From Clostridia bacterium (GTDB lineage: Bacteria > Bacillota > Clostridia > Oscillospirales > CAG-272): a stretch of 64,000 bases of DNA. Position numbers and translations under genes: made by a program. This document shows, piece by piece, positions 58,618 to 64,000 of this stretch (position 1 is the first letter of the stretch; each line of letters starts with the position of its first letter). Under the pieces are notes generated by a model. The model worked only from the letters and a program-made list of their open reading frames with translations, was not told the DNA's origin and did no database searches. Where the stretch lies: contig JAFQEJ010000057.1 in NCBI GenBank assembly GCA_017399105.1, forward strand, positions 68,191-132,190. The letters are read 5' to 3'.

Positions 58618-60249
58618 ATGACCGAGCAAAATGTCCTGATTGAGCAGTATGAATCTGAGTATATCGCCAAGGTATACGGCTTTTGCCGCATGAAGCTTGG
58701 CGGTGACAGTGAGGCAGCCGATATGGCGCAGGAGATCTCACTGCAGGTGATCCGATCGATTCGCGGCGGGTATCCTGTGGAGAATCTGGGCGCCTTTGTA
58801 TGGAGCGTCTCCAATCATGTGTTCTGCAACCTGCTCAGATCGCGCAAGCGCAGTCGTGTTGTCTATGGCGCGGATTATATGCCGGTCTATGGCATGATCC
58901 CGTCTGAGGATGACCCCGAAGCGGAATGGATCCGCCGCGAAGAGGTTGTACTCCTGCGCCGTCAGCTTGCCATGATGCAGAAAAACTGGCGGCAGACAAT
59001 CATCCTGCATTATTTTGAGGAGCGCTCCTGTGATGATATTGCAGGAAAGCTGGGCGTGCCGGTCGGCACGGTCAAATGGTGGCTGTACGATGCTCGAAAA
59101 GCGATCAGGAAAGGAATGAATCAAATGAATGAAACGTTCGGTGAAAAGAGTTATCGTCCCGGAAAACTGTGTATAAGCTGTCAATATACTCCGGGGGCTG
59201 ATGGAGAGCCCATGAGCTGTGCGAAGAGTCTGCTCAATCAGAATATCCTGCTTGCTGCTTATAAAAAGCCGCTTACCATCCGTGAGCTTTGCGGTGAGCT
59301 TGGTATAGCTGCTCCTTATATGGAGGATGCGGTTGCTTATCTGGTGGAAAACCAACTGATGCGCGAAGCGGAAGCAGAGAAGTACCAGACCGATTTTGTC
59401 ATTATGCCCGGCGCTAACGGCGAACTGGGAAATCGAATCTATCGTGAGAATTTTCCTGCGTTCGGCAAGGCGCTGTTTGCTTTCCTCGAGGAGCACCGCA
59501 AAGAGCTGACCTCGCCTGCCATCAATCCTGCGGGATTCACCTGGGAGCGACTGCTGTGGGTTTATATTCAGGTGATCGTTTGCCATGCAATCGATCATTA
59601 TCGCATTAAAGTATGTGATGTAGCCTGCGGTGACCGCATCCCATATCGCCCCAACGGTGGCAGATGGATTGCACTTGGCTTTGATGACAGCATCAATCCG
59701 AACACGCAGGAATGGCATGATTATCATCCCTCGGATGGTCCGGTTCATCGCAGCGGTGGTGTGCAGGGGTATTTCCATAAATGGAGCGGCACAAGTTCAC
59801 AGACCTATTTTGATCTGCCCGAAGAAGTATTCGATCTTTGCCGACGATTTGCAGAAGGGAAGCTTGATACAGATGCGCTTACCGAGGAAGATAAGTTTCA
59901 TTTTGGCATTGCCATCGAAAAGAAGCTTATCACAAGGACGGAGCAGGGCTATCGGCAGAACTACTATTATGCTAATACAGGTGCCTGCAAGCGTCTTATT
60001 GCGATAGCGGAAGACTTCTATTCTATTGCAAAGCCTTACTTTGATGCCGCATGGAAGCTGGTGCTCGACATCTATCTTCCCACGATGCCAAAGCATCTCG
60101 AATGGCAGAAGGGCAATCTCTTCGCCAACAATTTGAATATGTTCATCAACTGTTCCTATTATGATGCGGTGAAGGAAGGATTGCTGTCCGAGCCGGATGA
60201 CAACCGATATTGGCTGAGTCTTTTCCTCTTCGATCGCGAAGCAATATAA
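58618..60249 (+). CDS. ECF sigma-70 factor with a large C-terminal extension
   Basis: Region 2 (AADMAQE...FVWSVSNH) and region 4 (LHYFEERSCDDIAGKLGVPVGTVKWWL), then about 370 further aa including a wHTH-like segment. Confidence 0.88.
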   Translation: MTEQNVLIEQYESEYIAKVYGFCRMKLGGDSEAADMAQEISLQVIRSIRGGYPVENLGAFVWSVSNHVFCNLLRSRKRSRVVYGADYMPVYGMIPSEDDPEAEWIRREEVVLLRRQLAMMQKNWRQTIILHYFEERSCDDIAGKLGVPVGTVKWWLYDARKAIRKGMNQMNETFGEKSYRPGKLCISCQYTPGADGEPMSCAKSLLNQNILLAAYKKPLTIRELCGELGIAAPYMEDAVAYLVENQLMREAEAEKYQTDFVIMPGANGELGNRIYRENFPAFGKALFAFLEEHRKELTSPAINPAGFTWERLLWVYIQVIVCHAIDHYRIKVCDVACGDRIPYRPNGGRWIALGFDDSINPNTQEWHDYHPSDGPVHRSGGVQGYFHKWSGTSSQTYFDLPEEVFDLCRRFAEGKLDTDALTEEDKFHFGIAIEKKLITRTEQGYRQNYYYANTGACKRLIAIAEDFYSIAKPYFDAAWKLVLDIYLPTMPKHLEWQKGNLFANNLNMFINCSYYDAVKEGLLSEPDDNRYWLSLFLFDREAI

Positions 60250-60315
60250 ATACACAAAACAAAAAGGGGCTGTTGCAAATTTTTCATTTGCAACAGCTCA
60301 GCCACAAAATTTTCG

Positions 60316-60358
60316 ATATTCAAGGGACTGTCGCATGTAAATGCGACAGTCCCTTTTT
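60316..60358. repeat. Dispersed palindrome/terminator, copy 2
   Basis: ATATTC-AAGGGACTGTCGCAT-GTAA-ATGCGACAGTCCCTT-TTT; a related hairpin lies at 60261-60298. Confidence 0.8.
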
Positions 60359-60360
60359 GC

Positions 60361-60587
60361 TTATACCGCGCAGAGCAGATCATAAATCGCCTCATCGAGC
60401 TGAATCGGATCAAGCTTCAATCTTGTGCAGAGTGAAGCAAAATCATTGGCTTCTTTCTCATTCATTGTGACATCGGGCACCCGTCTGATTGTGCGTCCAT
60501 CCTCACGCACTTCAATACCATAGGAGATGTAAAGCTCTCCCGATTCATTTTGATTTCTTCTTTCACTGCGATATATTCAATCTGCAT
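60361..60587 (-). pseudogene. DUF6514-like small protein with a 1-bp frameshift (absent from the ORF track)
   Basis: ATG 60587 gives MQIEYIAVKEEIK. The -1 frame continues NESGELYISYGIEV...VPDVTMNEKEANDFASLCTRLKLDPIQLDEAIYDLLCAV* to TAA 60361. The span is 227 nt, one short of 76 codons. Confidence 0.6.
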
Positions 60588-60764
60588 GTTGTCCACCCAT
60601 CCCTTGTTTTTTGTTGTTACCTTATTTTACCATAAATCGAGCTGAAAGTCAATATCAAAATAGAAAATTTTAACAAAAATAGAAAAATATAGAAATGTTG
60701 TAGCAAACAAAAAGACCGCAGAAGCATCGAAATGCAATCTGCGGTCGAAAAAGCAAATGATTGA

Positions 60765-61670
60765 TTAGCCGAGCAGCTTGACGAGGACAGCTTTCTGTGC
60801 GTGGAGTCTGTTCTCAGCCTCTTCAAAGATCTCGTTGGCATGTGCCTCGAATACCTTTGCGGTGATTTCCTCTTCGCGGTGAGCGGGCAGACAGTGCTGA
60901 ACCATAGCATCCTTGGCAGCTACATCCATCACTTCATCGTTGATCTGGTAGCCCTTGAAGGCAATCTTGCGAGCCTCAGCTTCGCCTTCCATGCCCATGC
61001 TCGACCAGACATCGGTGAAGATGACATCGGCGCCCTGTGCAGCCTCCAGCACCTTATCGGTCATGAAGAATGAATCGCCGCAGTCAGCAGCAAAGGAGAG
61101 CACCTTGGGATCGGGTCTGTAGCCCTCGGGGCAGGCAATCGAAACCTGCATGCCGACCTTCAGACCGCCGACGATGAGAGAGTTTGCCATGTTGTTGCCG
61201 TCGCCGATGTAGCACATCTTGAGACCTTCAAAGCCGCCCTTGAATTCGCGGATGGTGAGCAGGTCTGCCAGCACCTGGCAGGGATGACAGTAATCGGTAA
61301 GACCGTTGATAACCGGAATGCTGCCGTACTTCGCCAGATCTTCAACTTCCTGCTGTGCGAAGGTGCGAATCATAATGCCGTCGAGATAGCGGGAGAGTAC
61401 GCGGGCGGTATCTTCAACAGGCTCGCCGCGGCCGATCTGCAGATCGCGGGAGGAGAGGAACATTGCCTGACCGCCAAGCTGATACATGCCTGCTTCAAAG
61501 GAGACGCGAGTTCTGGTGGAGGCCTTCTGGAAGATCATACCGAGGGTCTTACCGGAAAGCTTCTTGTGCTCGATACCGTTCTTGCGCTCATACTTGAGCT
61601 GAGATGCCAGGTTGAGAATGTCAATGATTTCGGCCTTTGAAAGGTCGGACAGTTTTAAGAGATGGTTCAT
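60765..61670 (-). CDS. argF: Ornithine carbamoyltransferase
   Basis: STRTR, HPCQ, GDGNN, TDVWSSMG and HCLP. Confidence 0.96.
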   Translation of the reverse strand: MNHLLKLSDLSKAEIIDILNLASQLKYERKNGIEHKKLSGKTLGMIFQKASTRTRVSFEAGMYQLGGQAMFLSSRDLQIGRGEPVEDTARVLSRYLDGIMIRTFAQQEVEDLAKYGSIPVINGLTDYCHPCQVLADLLTIREFKGGFEGLKMCYIGDGNNMANSLIVGGLKVGMQVSIACPEGYRPDPKVLSFAADCGDSFFMTDKVLEAAQGADVIFTDVWSSMGMEGEAEARKIAFKGYQINDEVMDVAAKDAMVQHCLPAHREEEITAKVFEAHANEIFEEAENRLHAQKAVLVKLLG

Positions 61671-61713
61671 GGTAATATCCTTTCAAGTTATATTTTGGGT
61701 AAGAGAAAGGCTC

Positions 61714-62904
61714 TCAACCTTCACTCTCAAGAGATTTTTTAAGAATTGTAAGACCGTCGTCGATCTCATCATAGGAGATTGTCAGCGGAGGAAGCAGGCG
61801 GAGTACATCCGAGCCTGCGGTCAGTGTGAGAAGACCGTTATCGAAGGCTCTGTGCAGGACATCCTTGGGAGATTCTCCCTTGATCTGAATGCCGATCATG
61901 AGACCTCTTCCGCGAATCTCTCCGACATTGGGGAGGTCCCATGCCTTGATTCGGCCGCGGATGTATTCGCCCTTGTCGCGGATCTCGAAGAGAAATTTAT
62001 CGTCGCATACACGGGAAAGCACTTCCTTTGCGCCTGCCGCAGCAACGGGGTTGCCGCCGAAGGTGGTGCCGTGCTGACCTGCCGAGAGGGTAGCTTCGCA
62101 CTTTTCACCGACCATAAAGACGCCGATGGGGAGTCCGCCGCCGAGTCCCTTGGCAAGTGTGAGGATGTCGGGGAGAATATCGCTGTACTGATAACCGAAC
62201 ATCATTCCAGTGCGGGCGATGCCGGTCTGTACCTCGTCGAGAATCAGCAGAATATCCTTTTCTTCAGTGATACTGCGAAGCGCTTTCATGTAATCGTCGG
62301 TGAGGATATTGACGCCGCCCTCACCCTGAATCGGCTCAGCCATGACTGCACAGACATCCTCGGTGAGCGCTTCCTTCAGTGCATCGAGATTGTTTGCGGG
62401 GACATATTTGAAGCCTTCGGTGAAGGGGAAGAAGAAGTCGTGGAAGACATCCTGACCTGTCGCTGCCAGCGTGGTTACTGTGCGTCCGTGGAAGGAGGAG
62501 CAAAGGGTGATGATGGTGGCGCGTCCTTTGCCATACTTATCATAGCTGTACTTACGGGCAACCTTAATTGCGCCCTCGTTTGCTTCAGCTCCCGAATTGC
62601 CGAAAAATGCGCGCTTCATACCCGATGCTTTCACCAGCATTTCAGCGACCTCACCTGTGGGGGACGAGTAGTAATAGTTGGAGAAATGCTGAATTTTCCA
62701 GAGCTGTTTGGTTACGGCGTCAGCCCAGCCTTCATCCACAAAGCCAAGGGAGTTTACACCGATGCCCGAGGTGAAGTCGATATAAACCTTTCCGTCTTCA
62801 TCGGTGAGTCTTGCGCCCTTGCCGTGAGCAGGAACCAACGGAAGGCGTCCGTAGGTCTGCATCATATATTGCTTATCCAGCTCGATTGCTTTATCGTGTG
62901 TCAT
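61714..62904 (-). CDS. argD: Acetylornithine aminotransferase
   Basis: NSGAEANE, SFHGRT, EPIQGEGG, DEVQTG, LAKGLGGG and HGTTFGGNP. Confidence 0.95.
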   Translation of the reverse strand: MTHDKAIELDKQYMMQTYGRLPLVPAHGKGARLTDEDGKVYIDFTSGIGVNSLGFVDEGWADAVTKQLWKIQHFSNYYYSSPTGEVAEMLVKASGMKRAFFGNSGAEANEGAIKVARKYSYDKYGKGRATIITLCSSFHGRTVTTLAATGQDVFHDFFFPFTEGFKYVPANNLDALKEALTEDVCAVMAEPIQGEGGVNILTDDYMKALRSITEEKDILLILDEVQTGIARTGMMFGYQYSDILPDILTLAKGLGGGLPIGVFMVGEKCEATLSAGQHGTTFGGNPVAAAGAKEVLSRVCDDKFLFEIRDKGEYIRGRIKAWDLPNVGEIRGRGLMIGIQIKGESPKDVLHRAFDNGLLTLTAGSDVLRLLPPLTISYDEIDDGLTILKKSLESEG

Positions 62905-62918
62905 AAAATCTGCCTTTC

Positions 62919-63785
62919 TTATAGCTTGAACATGGTGCCGATTCCTTCATCCGAGAGAAGCTCGATGAGGATGGAGTGGGGAATTCTGCCGTCAATGACG
63001 ATGGTCTTTTCAATGCCGCCCTTGACTGCGTCCACACAGCACTGCACCTTGGGGATCATGCCGCCGCTGATGATGCCTTCTTCGATCAGTCCATCCACTT
63101 CGCTTACCTTGATTTCGGCCATCAGCGTATTTTCGTCGTGAACATCACGCATGATGCCTCGGATATCCGTAAGAAGCATCAGGTTCTGCGCGCCCAGTGC
63201 TACCGCAATTTTTGCTGCAGCCACATCGGCATTGATGTTATAGACAGGATTGCCGTCCTCGCCGTATGCGACGGTGGAAACAACAGGGATGTATCCCTTG
63301 GAGATTACATCGTTGACGATGGAAATATCAATGTCAGTGATCTCGCCCACGTTGCCGTAATCGTGCTCGCCGTCTATCAGCTTCTTTGCTTTGATCAGAC
63401 CGCCGTCAATACCGCAAAGTCCGACCGCACGGCCGCCGATGTGCTCGATATGGTTGACCAGATCCTTATTGGTTTTGCCGGCGAGAACCATCTGTACAAT
63501 TTCAACCGTTTCATCATCGGTGTAGCGCATGCCGTTGATGAATTTGCTTTCTTTGCCCACGCGCTTGAGCATGTCCGAAATTTCGGGACCGCCGCCGTGA
63601 ACCAGCACTACATGGATGCCGACCAATTGGAGAAGCACGATATCACTGATGACTGCAGCCTTCAGCTCCTCACTTGTCATTGCGTTGCCGCCATACTTGA
63701 CGACTACAGTTTTGCCGTAATATTTCTGAATGTAAGGCAGCGCCTGATTGAGTACACTCGCCTTATCCGAATTGGAAATCAGCAT
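62919..63785 (-). CDS. argB: Acetylglutamate kinase
   Basis: VVKYGGNAM, VHGGGP, NINAD and GGMIPK. Confidence 0.96.
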   Translation of the reverse strand: MLISNSDKASVLNQALPYIQKYYGKTVVVKYGGNAMTSEELKAAVISDIVLLQLVGIHVVLVHGGGPEISDMLKRVGKESKFINGMRYTDDETVEIVQMVLAGKTNKDLVNHIEHIGGRAVGLCGIDGGLIKAKKLIDGEHDYGNVGEITDIDISIVNDVISKGYIPVVSTVAYGEDGNPVYNINADVAAAKIAVALGAQNLMLLTDIRGIMRDVHDENTLMAEIKVSEVDGLIEEGIISGGMIPKVQCCVDAVKGGIEKTIVIDGRIPHSILIELLSDEGIGTMFKL

Positions 63786-63865
63786 GTTTGGAAATTCCTT
63801 TCTTTATGTCGAAGTTGGATTTCGCTCGTATAAAACTTTGTAGAAGTTAAATCAACTCCATCGAT

Positions 63866-64000
63866 TTAACTTCTGTAATCCCCGTTGATTCTGACATAGT
63901 CATAGCTGAAGTCGCAGCCCCATGCAGTTGCATTTACATTGCCGCACTTCATGTTAATCTCGATCTGAATGACGTCCTCTACGAGAATCGACTTGGCGAT
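63866..64000 (-). CDS. argJ: Ornithine acetyltransferase, C-terminal fragment (runs off the window)
   Basis: Translates to ...ATAWGCDFSYDYVRINGDYRS*, the ArgJ C-terminal signature; directly upstream of argB. Confidence 0.9.
   Translation of the reverse strand: MAKSILVEDVIQIEINMKCGNVNATAWGCDFSYDYVRINGDYRS

Noticed and set aside
47116-60358. Genomic island bounded by direct repeats
   Set aside because: The enclosed DNA contains core genes (purD, cmk, plsC, ispH-rpsA) and there is no integrase.
577-63833. Long antisense ORFs such as 577-1875, 9611-11017, 37320-39041 and 61612-63141
   Set aside because: These are shadow frames opposite well-supported genes, expected from codon bias. They have no recognisable motifs.

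Overview
Chromosomal (non-mobile) window from an anaerobic Clostridia-class Firmicute, probably Oscillospirales-like. It uses genetic code 11 and has sigma-A TTGACA/TATAAT-type promoters. In order it holds: a YibE/F gene; coaX-panT; an AraC/DUF1538/double-PII/URO-D-like locus; yfhO; a long core run ruvC-[GTAG-REP array]-ruvA-ruvB-glmM-methyltransferase-ecfA1A2T-truA-DUF5711-cvpA-Clp ATPase-P-type ATPase-like-TetR; Mrp; a group-D sensory hydrogenase module followed by an HndABCD-type [FeFe]-hydrogenase operon; a carbohydrate-metabolism patch; purD-HI0933-cmk-plsC-ispH/rpsA; a GH32; a long ECF sigma factor; and argJBDF. I found no tRNA, rRNA, CRISPR, integrase or transposase. The most unusual observations are: (1) an intact 924-aa P-type ATPase homologue with every catalytic motif replaced, translationally coupled to a zinc-finger Clp ATPase and a TetR-like gene; (2) a mirror-arranged 82/83-bp GTAG-REP array with compensatory stem variants between ruvC and ruvA, followed by a second twin-hairpin element; (3) a pan-motif-like double-bulged-A hairpin at the panT RBS; (4) a promoter-uORF-terminator leader upstream of purD; (5) single-base lesions in ruvA, the Clp ATPase and a DUF6514-like gene; (6) an internal promoter and SD inside the ispH-rpsA fusion. 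All calls come from reading the sequence; no database searches were run.
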